From: an uncultured Christensenellaceae bacterium
GTDB lineage: Bacteria > Bacillota > Clostridia > Christensenellales > UBA3700
Reading direction: 5' to 3'
Length of the DNA: 64,000 nucleotides
Assembly (NCBI GenBank): GCA_944376205.1
Contig: CALWBV010000004.1
Location: forward strand, 6,341-70,340
Both the position numbers and the translations under genes were made by a program. Of the stretch, positions 17,705-26,407 are shown piece after piece (the first letter of the stretch is position 1; each line of letters opens with the position of its first letter). The notes below the pieces were generated by a model, which was not told the origin of the DNA, ran no database searches, and saw only the letters and a list, made by a program, of their open reading frames with translations.

Positions 17705-19195
17705 GTGAAAGCCAAAAAAGCCGTATTGATAGTTACCGCAATAGCGGTCATAGCGCTTATGGCTACGTTGATTGCGTCGGCTGCGGTGCTTGAAATAAAC
17801 GCCGACGATCCTGACTCATATCTCGGAGAAGATCTTACGCAAAAAGTTACCGAAATAACGTCGTCCACAAACGGCGCTCTTGCCAAATTTGCGGTCGATA
17901 AAAGCGTTAATACATATTGGCAGGGCGAACGCAGAGGAAGCTATGTACAGTTTTATTTTGCCGACGGAATTGAATTTAATACTGTTGTTTTAAGTGAAAC
18001 GGGCATGAGCGTCAGTGCTTTTGCTATTGAGATAAGCAATGACGGTACGCACTTTACAAGCGTATATACGCAGGACAGAATGCAAAGGAGCAGGCTTTGC
18101 GCACTCGAAAGGACAAAGGCAAAGTACGTGCGCATAACAATAAACGAGAGCGAAGCTTCACCCCGTATAAACAATATTTCCATTTACAATACTCAATCTG
18201 AAAACACGCAAGGTTTTTCTCTCGCTGCAAATGCGGATTTCAGAGAATACATGATAAAGACGGCTTTACTTAAGAAAGAAAATCCCCAGCCAGGCATTGA
18301 AGATATTGACCGAATTTTCGACAGCCAAAAATACGCTTTTTACGACAGAGTGACAATTGACGGAGCGATAGGCTTTGATCGGGACGGACGGCTTAAAGTA
18401 TATGCCGACAGCGTAGAAGACGATACAAAGCTTTTTGAAGAAACGCTCAATCTTTTCAAGAGCGTAACGGGAGAAAACGTTAAGTTTGTTTTGAAAATCA
18501 AGCCGACATACGATTTGTCGTCTTCGGCGGCATTGAGCGGTAATGTGCTTGACAAACTTTCAGACGAAATAAATTCATATGTTGAAAAGTACGGTTTTGC
18601 GGGCGTGGATATAGATTGTACGGATTACGATTCGAAAAGCGCCTGCAAGGAATATTGCAGGATAATCACTTCTTTGGCGCAAAGATTTGCCGACAGCGAC
18701 AAAAAGGTTTTCTTGACGGCAACTCAAGGACAGTTAAAATATCTTTCCGACGTGGCAGATACGGTTGACGGACTCAATCTCAAAGCATTCGGCAAGGTCG
18801 ATCAAAACGGCGACGGAGCGGCTTTTTATGCGTCATGCGTACAGGCTGTAGAGATGTGCGTCAAATATGATTTCGATCTTGGCAAAATAAATCTCGGCGC
18901 ACCGCTTTACGGATTTCAATCGGAAGGAATGCAAGAGACTTACGGCTTTGATGAGACCGTAGGCGATTATTATTTTTCTGACAACGTTTACGAATGCTTG
19001 CGGGACGGAGAAATTATTTCGGATGTGCGTTTCAACGGTCCGCAGCTTCTGTACGATAAGACATGTTATGCAATTTATAAAGGACTTGGCGGAATGACGC
19101 TTTACGATATAAACGACGACAGAACAGGCACGGGAGAAGACACTCTTTCCTATTTCGTCGCTAAAGCGCTTGCCGACGTGGGAGGCGGAGTATGA
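17705..19195 (+). CDS. Secreted F5/8 type C (discoidin) plus GH18-like TIM-barrel protein, catalytic motif degenerate
   Basis: Signal/anchor AVLIVTAIAVIALMATLIASAA. Discoidin pattern: VDKSVNTYWQG..AIEISNDGTHFTSVY..YVRITI. The GH18-type strand GFAGVDIDCTDYD has T where the DxxDxDxE glutamate is expected. I prefer the GTG at 17705 (7 nt after GGAG) over 17699. Confidence 0.65.
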   Translation: MKAKKAVLIVTAIAVIALMATLIASAAVLEINADDPDSYLGEDLTQKVTEITSSTNGALAKFAVDKSVNTYWQGERRGSYVQFYFADGIEFNTVVLSETGMSVSAFAIEISNDGTHFTSVYTQDRMQRSRLCALERTKAKYVRITINESEASPRINNISIYNTQSENTQGFSLAANADFREYMIKTALLKKENPQPGIEDIDRIFDSQKYAFYDRVTIDGAIGFDRDGRLKVYADSVEDDTKLFEETLNLFKSVTGENVKFVLKIKPTYDLSSSAALSGNVLDKLSDEINSYVEKYGFAGVDIDCTDYDSKSACKEYCRIITSLAQRFADSDKKVFLTATQGQLKYLSDVADTVDGLNLKAFGKVDQNGDGAAFYASCVQAVEMCVKYDFDLGKINLGAPLYGFQSEGMQETYGFDETVGDYYFSDNVYECLRDGEIISDVRFNGPQLLYDKTCYAIYKGLGGMTLYDINDDRTGTGEDTLSYFVAKALADVGGGV

Positions 19196-20871
19196 AAAAA
19201 CAGATGTTGAGACAACTTCGCAATCAGTTTGCGGTAGCGGTATGCGTATTGGCAATGTCCGTGCAGTTCATTCTTTTAGAAAATTATATAAACGCTGACG
19301 TCAGCAGGGAATTCGGCGAATTCAACAATAATTTCGTATGGCTTTACGCTTTGTTTTTCGCATTGGGCGGATTGATATGTTTTCTTTTGAGAATCAGAAG
19401 ACAGCGCAATGTTAAGCCCGAAGAAGAAATACCCGTTAAGGATCACACGGATTTTGCGCTTGCGTTGTGGGGAATTGCGCTCATAGTCGTGGCATTTCTT
19501 TCCGTAGGCTTTGTCAATGCGCTTTTGCCTTATGTCAAGATAGAAGACGTTACAGACGCTTTGCCCCTTGTCTATGCATTGATACTCTGTGCGAGTGCGC
19601 TTACGCATTACGGTCTGTTTACAAGGCTGTTTGCGAGAGTTAAGGAGGAGGGGGCGAGTTTGCTTGCGCCTATATGCAGCGGTATAGTAATATCGATGGT
19701 TGCTCTCATTGTCATTCCCAGGCAGATAAGCTATAAGGCGGCAATCGTGCTTTCGGGAGTTTTGTTGATACTCGGTGCAATCGTTTATGCAAAAAGAGAA
19801 GTCGCCGTGTCCAAAAAGTATGAAGTCAGACCTGTCGAGAGAACAAACGACACCAGCGGTGCGCTCACGTTTGTACTTTTGGGATTGATGACTTTCGGAA
19901 TAACGTTTTTGTTTGTCAATATCGATTTTTATGCGGACAAACTCCGCTTTGAGGATATGGAAGTCTATCTTCTCATAGGATTCTGCGCAGGCGGCGCATA
20001 CGTGGGTAATGCGTTTTTCAAAAAATTCGGCAGAGTTTCGGGACTTTTGTCCGTAATAGATTTTGCGGTATTGTCAATATGTCTGTTTACGATATGCTTT
20101 GTAAGGGAATACGTTGTCATAGCGGCACTTGTGCTTGTCGCTTCGATATGCTTTGCGGTCATAGTAAGAGATATTATCGGCAATATCAAAAATTGGGATA
20201 AGATGCGCCGCGAGGGCTACAAGTATCTTATTATAGTTGCGGGATTTCTCGTTCCGCTTATAATGGGCTATGCAGGCGGTACGGCGGCAACGGCAGGACA
20301 CGGTTATATGACCGATATATTCGCAAGCGTAGACGAGCGTATCGCAGAATATGCTTTGCGAGCCAGAGGTATTTTGCCCTATGCAGACGGAACTTTTGCG
20401 GAATATATAGGAATAGGAACGAGAGTGAGGTTGTCCGATATGAGGTTCGAATACATACCGTCGAGATTCTTGCCGCTTGTGCCTATGGCATGTATGCTTT
20501 TGGGATTTGTATTTTATATGATATCCCAGATATACAATATCCGCACGGGAGTAAACGACACTTCAAAGTCAAAAGTAAACGTGAGCACAAAATATTTTGA
20601 CGATTTTGTAAAAGCCGTACAGGAAGATGCGGCGGCAAACGAAACGACTGTCGATATAGCAGACAACGATACTGCACAGAATATGTCTGCTTCGCACACC
20701 GATTCAGAGGAGAGCAGAGACAATACAAAAATTGTTAATGCTGCCGACGGCGTTGTGTTTGAACAAATCGAAGACGAGGAAATCGTTGCGGACGAATTGC
20801 AAGACGGCCCACACGATGACTTTGACGAGTCCGACGGTTTGCAGGACGATTATGACGACGTAAATTCCTGA
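19192..20871 (+). CDS. Polytopic membrane protein with acidic C-terminal tail (hypothetical)
   Basis: The start overlaps the upstream stop (gtATGAaa). About 12 hydrophobic segments. The tail is rich in D/E (DEEIVADELQDGPHDDFDESDGLQDDYDD). Confidence 0.75.
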   Translation: MKKQMLRQLRNQFAVAVCVLAMSVQFILLENYINADVSREFGEFNNNFVWLYALFFALGGLICFLLRIRRQRNVKPEEEIPVKDHTDFALALWGIALIVVAFLSVGFVNALLPYVKIEDVTDALPLVYALILCASALTHYGLFTRLFARVKEEGASLLAPICSGIVISMVALIVIPRQISYKAAIVLSGVLLILGAIVYAKREVAVSKKYEVRPVERTNDTSGALTFVLLGLMTFGITFLFVNIDFYADKLRFEDMEVYLLIGFCAGGAYVGNAFFKKFGRVSGLLSVIDFAVLSICLFTICFVREYVVIAALVLVASICFAVIVRDIIGNIKNWDKMRREGYKYLIIVAGFLVPLIMGYAGGTAATAGHGYMTDIFASVDERIAEYALRARGILPYADGTFAEYIGIGTRVRLSDMRFEYIPSRFLPLVPMACMLLGFVFYMISQIYNIRTGVNDTSKSKVNVSTKYFDDFVKAVQEDAAANETTVDIADNDTAQNMSASHTDSEESRDNTKIVNAADGVVFEQIEDEEIVADELQDGPHDDFDESDGLQDDYDDVNS

Positions 20872-20881
20872 CGAGGTGAAG

Positions 20882-22273
20882 ATGTCAACGACTTGTATCA
20901 TTGAAATAAACGGCGAAAAAATAAATGCGCAAAGGGGAAACACTCTATCCGATGTTTTGAGAGACAACGGTTACAATTTTTCCATGCCTTGCGGAGGCAG
21001 GGGAATATGCCGTAAATGCAAGGTTTTGGCAGACGGTAAAGAAGTGCTTGCATGCAAGTACATCGTGACGGGAAATGTGAGTATAGAATTGCCAAACGTG
21101 CGACATAAAACATATACTTTCGGAGAGGGCGAAGTCAAAGGAAAAGTGCGTATTGCCGTAGATATAGGTACGACCACCGTTGCGGCGGCAGTCGTCGGCG
21201 AAAAAAATAAAGTATTAAGACAAACGTGTTTTGCCAATCCGCAGAGCGTTTACGGACTTGACGTGATCATGAGAATTTATTATTGCGGCAAAAAGGGAGT
21301 TGGTGCTTTGAGGAAAATATTACTTGACGAGCTCAAAGCACAGCTTGATTATCTTATACCTCATGATGCCGATGTCGTACGCATAGACTTTGCAGGCAAT
21401 ACGGTAATGTTGCATATTCTTTTGGGCGAAGACTGTACGCAAATGGGAGAAGCTCCTTACACTCCGTCTTTTCTTCAATCGAAATGTCTCGAAGCTAAAG
21501 AATTGGGACTTAATTACTCTTGCAAGGCATATACGCTTCCTTGCATAGCTTCTTTTGTGGGCGGAGATATCGTCGCAGGCTTGATTACGCTTCCTGCACC
21601 GCAAAAAGACAAATACTCGCTTTATATCGATATAGGCACCAATGCCGAGATCGTACTGTTTGACGATAAGTCTTATACGGCTACGGCAGCGGCGGCAGGA
21701 CCTTGCATGGAAGGTGCTAATATATCGTGCGGCATGAGCGCAGTTGAAGGCGCAATCACGCATTTCGAATATCCCGACAAAATAAAATATCTGGGAGATA
21801 AGCCTCAAGGAATTTGCGGCAGTGCGCTTATAGATATAGTCGGTCAACTGGTTAAAGCAGGTGTTATCGACAAAAGCGGCTACATGCAGGACGACTATAT
21901 CATTGCTGACGGAGTAATATTCAAACGTGAGGACGTAAGACAGTATCAGCTTGCAAAATCTGCCATTAGGGCAGGGGTAGATCAACTTTTGCAGTACAGG
22001 GGAATCAAGCCGTCAGACGTCTCGCAAGTTTATATCGCAGGAGGATTTTCCGCTCATATAGATATTGACAATGCTGTTGCAAGCGGACTTATCGACGCCG
22101 CATTCAAAGACGTCTGCCAAGCCGTAGGCAACCGCACGCTAGAAGGCTGTATGATTTATTGCGAAAAGAGCGACAAAGCCAAACAAATAGCAAATAATGC
22201 CGTTTATCTCGATTTGAACGAAAGCGAAGGCTTTTCGGATAAGTTCATCAAATACATGTCCTTCGGAATATAA
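20882..22273 (+). CDS. ASKHA/DUF4445 protein with N-terminal 2Fe-2S ferredoxin domain (RACo-like corrinoid activase family)
   Basis: CGGRGICRKCKV is plant-type ferredoxin-like. RIAVDIGTTTVAA and LYIDIGTNAEIV are ASKHA phosphate-binding motifs. I prefer the ATG at 20882 after gaggtg. Confidence 0.75.
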   Translation: MSTTCIIEINGEKINAQRGNTLSDVLRDNGYNFSMPCGGRGICRKCKVLADGKEVLACKYIVTGNVSIELPNVRHKTYTFGEGEVKGKVRIAVDIGTTTVAAAVVGEKNKVLRQTCFANPQSVYGLDVIMRIYYCGKKGVGALRKILLDELKAQLDYLIPHDADVVRIDFAGNTVMLHILLGEDCTQMGEAPYTPSFLQSKCLEAKELGLNYSCKAYTLPCIASFVGGDIVAGLITLPAPQKDKYSLYIDIGTNAEIVLFDDKSYTATAAAAGPCMEGANISCGMSAVEGAITHFEYPDKIKYLGDKPQGICGSALIDIVGQLVKAGVIDKSGYMQDDYIIADGVIFKREDVRQYQLAKSAIRAGVDQLLQYRGIKPSDVSQVYIAGGFSAHIDIDNAVASGLIDAAFKDVCQAVGNRTLEGCMIYCEKSDKAKQIANNAVYLDLNESEGFSDKFIKYMSFGI

Positions 22274-22336
22274 CAATTCTATGACAATATTGAGTAAAAT
22301 ACGATTTAATTGTTTTGTAAATAAGTTAAAAAGAAT

Positions 22337-22366
22337 AAAAGCTTTCCTCTCGGAAAGCTTTTTTCG
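22337..22366 (+). terminator. Rho-independent terminator (last native signal before the island)
   Basis: aaaagctttcc-tctc-ggaaagctttt followed by a T-run. Confidence 0.8.
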
Positions 22367-22379
22367 ATAGCTAATAAAA

Positions 22380-22496
22380 TTATAAAAATCTTGCAGGATT
22401 GTTAGTTCGCTCCAACAAATAATCTATCGATACGTCAAAATAATCGGCAATCCTTATGAGTGTATCATAATCGGCTGGCTTATTTAGATCATTCAC
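22380..22496 (-). pseudogene. Remnant of an XRE HTH gene (C-terminal half only)
   Basis: The minus strand translates to ..NDLNKPADYDTLIRIADYFDVSIDYLLERTNNPARFL*. The HTH helices 1-3 are missing. The frame overlaps the 3' end of the 22489 gene out of frame. Confidence 0.5.
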
Positions 22497-23259
22497 CTTT
22501 GAGTAAACTATAAAACGCATCGTTTGCTTCATTTTCTGCAAGAATATCGTCAGTCGTATGCAGTATGGCCAACTCTGCTGCCATGTGAAAGAATTGCATG
22601 CATACGCCGTGTCTGTTGCGTTGGATTTTCATCTGGACGTCGTAATCTTTTGCTTTGAAAGGTTTGACTTGAGCATTAATTCCGACTTCGGTAAATTTTT
22701 TGCACAGGTTTTCGCAAGCTTGTTCTCCGTAGTTTCCAAAGACACAAATAGTACCGCATTTTTTTAGTGCTTTAAGTATAAACTTTCTATAGTTATCGTA
22801 AATGTTATGATAATTTATCGCTACGGCGACATAGTATATCTTTTCGAGCACATCTTTGATTTCGGATTTTTCGGCAGTTATCGTGACGCAATATCCTTTT
22901 CCCAAGTCTTTTCTCAATTTATCTTGCAAGCGGTTACGTTTTTTAGCTTCGTCTTCTTCTTTCTTTTTCTTGGCATTTGCAGTTTTCTCTGCCTGGGCTT
23001 TTTCCTCTGCTTGTTTAGCTTTTACTTCAGGAGCTATACGAAATGTAAGACTGTATTTCGTACCTGAAATATTGCCGAGAAAACCTTCGTAGTATATCGG
23101 TTCCGAAACCTCATTTTCGAGTATGTATCCTCTGTTTTTCATTTCTTCTACAACACGGAGTTTCTTTTCTCCTATTTCGGAATTTTTTCCTTCTACTACT
23201 TTTGTGACATATTCTTTACCCATCTGCAATTCTTCTTTAAGTTCTCTGAACAATCCCAT
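22489..23259 (-). CDS. Hypothetical protein with central Lys/Glu-rich linker
   Basis: I prefer the second ATG (MGLFREL..), 7 nt after aaaggag. The middle region reads KAKQAEEKAQAEKTANAKKKKEEDEAKKRNR. No family recognised. Confidence 0.65.
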   Translation of the reverse strand: MGLFRELKEELQMGKEYVTKVVEGKNSEIGEKKLRVVEEMKNRGYILENEVSEPIYYEGFLGNISGTKYSLTFRIAPEVKAKQAEEKAQAEKTANAKKKKEEDEAKKRNRLQDKLRKDLGKGYCVTITAEKSEIKDVLEKIYYVAVAINYHNIYDNYRKFILKALKKCGTICVFGNYGEQACENLCKKFTEVGINAQVKPFKAKDYDVQMKIQRNRHGVCMQFFHMAAELAILHTTDDILAENEANDAFYSLLKGE

Positions 23260-23432
23260 TTTCATGCTCCTTTTTGTTTTTTTTCAAACAACAACTGTTT
23301 ATTATATTATAATTGTTATTCAATTATAAATCAACTGTTAATTTATCCGTACTTGCAATATTGTCTTTCCTGTATATAGGTCAATCAGTTTGAAAAATTA
23401 TAAAAGTTGATGTAATACTCAATAGTTTTATT

Positions 23433-23465
23433 TTTAGGGGCGGATAAATCCATACCGTCCCTAAA
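23433..23465. repeat. Hairpin (11-bp arms, 1 mismatch)
   Basis: tttaggggcgg-(11 nt)-ccgtccctaaa in an AT-rich spacer. Confidence 0.5.
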
Positions 23466-23531
23466 TTATTGTCGCTTTAGCATAAAAAAATATCCAAAAC
23501 TTTTGTCTCATGACTTATTTAATTTTTTAAA

Positions 23532-23611
23532 TTTGGCACCGTGACGTGTGCTTGTCATAGACAAGTGGCGTCGCTTCGCTCCGCCAGACAAGCACACGTC
23601 CTGGTGCCAAA
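23532..23611. repeat. 80-nt GC-rich structured palindromic element (25-bp inverted arms)
   Basis: tttggcaccgtgacgtgtgcttgtc ... gacaagcacacgtcctggtgccaaa matches 23/25. The inner region contains cttgtc-ata-gacaag and the cgcttcgctc core also present in the 13.3 kb elements. Confidence 0.7.
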
Positions 23612-23849
23612 GTAAAATATGGATTTGCAAATTTTAATTAAAAAAATAAATTAATGATAAATCGTTTGTTGTGAAGTATAAAGCATAGTATCTATAATAG
23701 TTTTGTATTAGATTATTTTAAATAATAAGCTTAGATAAGCGACTCTATAATTTTAATAGTTTGTATACATTAAATAATCATTGACTATTGCTTTTTTCAA
23801 TTTTAGGTTTTATAATATAATTGTTAATTATTTGAATTGAGGTATTACT

Positions 23850-25193
23850 ATGAAGAAATCATATATATTTTTTTGTTTGATTGTTATCTGTATTGTGATA
23901 ATGTCGCTATCAGCGTGTGAATTATTAAATAGCGACTTAAAAGATAATATTGTTTATGATGTAGATAATAGATACTTTGAGAAAGCAACATTTGAGCGAC
24001 ATACTTATACTAACGTTAATGTCAACAATAATCAGAGTACAGGTGCAAGATATGAATATATTATTGAGATATCCAGCAAATGTATAGTGTCTTTGTTTGA
24101 ATATGATATTATTTCCTACTTTTATGACTCGAATAATAATTTATTAAAAACATTTGAGAAACATGTGGAACAGGATATTAAGTCTAATGAAAGATTTAAG
24201 GTTGAGTGTGAAGTTAGTGCGCAAGTTTATAATAGTATAGACCATATTTCTACTACTTTAAAAGGGAAATCGTATCAAAATCCTGCGGATTCTCATAATG
24301 ATGCTCATACTATAACCAATCCTATTGAAACTATTTCTTTAAATATTGGGCATAAGGCGATAGTTGTTGGGGATTCATTGACATTAACTGCGACTGTCAC
24401 TCCGTCAAATACTGATGACTATGTAATATGGTCTAGTACCGACGAAAATATACTGACTGTCGACAGCGGTGTGGTAAAAGCTGTAGGAGTTGGTACGGCA
24501 GGAATTAAAGCAAAAGCTGAAAACGGAAAAGTAGAAGCTACGGTTTCTTTAAAGGTTATGCCTAAAAGCAATGGAATGGCAGACATAACTAAATGCAAAA
24601 CGGTAGCAGATTCTGCCATTTTAACTATAACCAACAAATGCTATAATACGGTTTTTGGAATCACGACAAAATCTGAAACGAAGACATTTACAGCTACTAT
24701 TTTTAAGCAAAGCGGTACGACATATTATTTTATTACAGGTTATGAAAATTTCAAAAAAATTGATGGCTATGATTATCAAGAGTGGACAGCCACTGATTGT
24801 AATGGAAAGGAATATAAATTAAATTCAATTCAGCATGAAAAAGATACGGTTCCTTTGGGCAATAATTATGCGATGGCAGTAGGTAGTATAAATGCCTACA
24901 ATCTTGGAGTATTGCCAATCGCATCGCGAGGATATTATTATAGCGACGAAAGGTTGTTTGTTAGAAATGGTACTACCTTTACGCAAACAAGTATGGGTAA
25001 AACGGTTGCAGCACAATCTCCTATAACATCTAATTTGAAATATAAAGAAAGCTTGTATGGTTCTACTGTTTTAGATAGTGAGTTCAATTTTGTTGGATTT
25101 GTTATACGCAAAGATGTTTTAACGGGTAATAGTGATTTTGTAGCTACTTGGGCAATGGAAAAGTTTATTAAGAGTTGCGGTATATCTATATAG
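23850..25193 (+). CDS. Lipoprotein with Big_2 (bacterial Ig-like) domain
   Basis: Lipobox MSLSAC. Big_2 pattern: VGDSLTLTATVTPSNTDDYVIWSSTDENILTVDSGVVKAVGVGTAGIKAKA. The C-terminal ~190 aa look vaguely like a trypsin fold, but I cannot find the His/Asp/Ser triad. Confidence 0.75.
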   Translation: MKKSYIFFCLIVICIVIMSLSACELLNSDLKDNIVYDVDNRYFEKATFERHTYTNVNVNNNQSTGARYEYIIEISSKCIVSLFEYDIISYFYDSNNNLLKTFEKHVEQDIKSNERFKVECEVSAQVYNSIDHISTTLKGKSYQNPADSHNDAHTITNPIETISLNIGHKAIVVGDSLTLTATVTPSNTDDYVIWSSTDENILTVDSGVVKAVGVGTAGIKAKAENGKVEATVSLKVMPKSNGMADITKCKTVADSAILTITNKCYNTVFGITTKSETKTFTATIFKQSGTTYYFITGYENFKKIDGYDYQEWTATDCNGKEYKLNSIQHEKDTVPLGNNYAMAVGSINAYNLGVLPIASRGYYYSDERLFVRNGTTFTQTSMGKTVAAQSPITSNLKYKESLYGSTVLDSEFNFVGFVIRKDVLTGNSDFVATWAMEKFIKSCGISI

Positions 25194-25382
25194 ATAGATT
25201 ATTTTAAGCGTGTTTATACTTAATTGATTAAACAATTAAAAACATCAATGGCAGTTTATTTTTAAATGGGAGGTAGTATTTATTTTATAATTTTGATGAT
25301 GCTCAATCGAGGATAAATATTCTTAGTTTATTTAAAATTTTATATTCTAAGATAATTGTAGTATCGTTTTTATTTGATAATA

Positions 25383-25391
25383 TGGTATAAT
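25383..25391 (+). promoter_or_regulatory. Extended -10 promoter element upstream of the Fic gene
   Basis: TGgTATAAT, ~40 nt upstream of the ATG at 25433. No good -35. Confidence 0.4.
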
Positions 25392-25432
25392 ATTGTAAAA
25401 CATTTTTCTAAGTTTAGTGTGCAGAGGATATT

Positions 25433-26335
25433 ATGGGTGAAAATAAACCACAGAAAGTTTCAATAAGGTTTTTTGGCGACTGGGAAATAAGAGCTGTTTG
25501 GAGTGATGAGAATTCGAAATGGTATTTTAGTGTATTGGATATTATAGGAGCAATACGAAAAGAAGCGTCTTATGAAAAATGTCGTAATTATTGGAAGTAT
25601 CTAAAGGCAAAACTCAAGAAAGAAAATAGTCAGTTGGTTAGTGCTACTACCCAACTGAAATTGACGGCAAAAGACGGCAAGAAATATATGTCGGATGCTC
25701 TTGACGACAAGGGCATACTTATGCTTATATCAGAGTTTCCCAGTAAGGTTGCTACATCTTTTATTCAGTGGTTTACAATGTCCGAAGAAACAATAGACGG
25801 CAAAAGTAAGAGCAAAGCATATAGTTTGTTTGACAGTTCTTTTATCAATAGTATCGAAGTGGGTACCGTAAAAGGACTACAACAAATACACGCTTACATA
25901 TTTGGCGGATTATATGACTTTGCAGGTCAAATTCGCAAACTGAATATTGCAAAAGGCGGATTTCAGTTTGCCATGGCAGCGTATTTGCAAGATTCATTAA
26001 AACAAGTCGAAGCAATGCCAGAAAATACTTTTGAAGAAATAGTAAGCAAATATATAGAGATGAATATATGCCATCCTTTTATGGAAGGCAATGGCCGAAG
26101 TACAAGAATCTGGCTGGATTTAATGCTAAAAAAGAATCTCAAAAAATGTATAGATTGGAGCAAGATAGATAAAAAACAATATCTTGAAGCAATGAAACAT
26201 AGCGTAGTCGACAGCACAATGTTAAGCGAATTGTTGAAGAACGCAATGACAGACGATATCAATAATCGAGAAGTCTCTATGAAAGGTATTGACTACTCAT
26301 ATTATTATGAGCAAGAAGATGATATTGCAGAGTAG
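25433..26335 (+). CDS. Bro-N-like DNA-binding domain fused to a Fic (AMPylase-type) domain
   Basis: N-terminus [75 protein letters not shown] is Bro-N/antirepressor-like. The Fic core [12 protein letters not shown] fits HxFx(D/E)GNGRxxR. The C-terminal SYYYEQ resembles the (S/T)xxxE(G/N) autoinhibitory motif. Confidence 0.85.
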   Translation: MGENKPQKVSIRFFGDWEIRAVWSDENSKWYFSVLDIIGAIRKEASYEKCRNYWKYLKAKLKKENSQLVSATTQLKLTAKDGKKYMSDALDDKGILMLISEFPSKVATSFIQWFTMSEETIDGKSKSKAYSLFDSSFINSIEVGTVKGLQQIHAYIFGGLYDFAGQIRKLNIAKGGFQFAMAAYLQDSLKQVEAMPENTFEEIVSKYIEMNICHPFMEGNGRSTRIWLDLMLKKNLKKCIDWSKIDKKQYLEAMKHSVVDSTMLSELLKNAMTDDINNREVSMKGIDYSYYYEQEDDIAE

Positions 26336-26373
26336 AAGATTGATTTTTAGTATAACTATATGCTCTATTAAAA

Positions 26374-26403
26374 AGAGATGCAATAACAAAATGCATCTCT
26401 TTT
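26374..26403. terminator. Bidirectional terminator between convergent Fic and helicase genes
   Basis: agagatgca-(9 nt)-tgcatctct flanked by aaaa and tttt. Confidence 0.8.
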
Positions 26404-26407
26404 TAAT

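Noticed and set aside
23602-23612. tggtgccaaag, a 10/11 match to the tRNA-Leu 3' end, as an att remnant
   Set aside because: Eleven nucleotides with a mismatch is within chance expectation, and the similarity does not extend into the tRNA body. I kept it only as a note inside the island finding.
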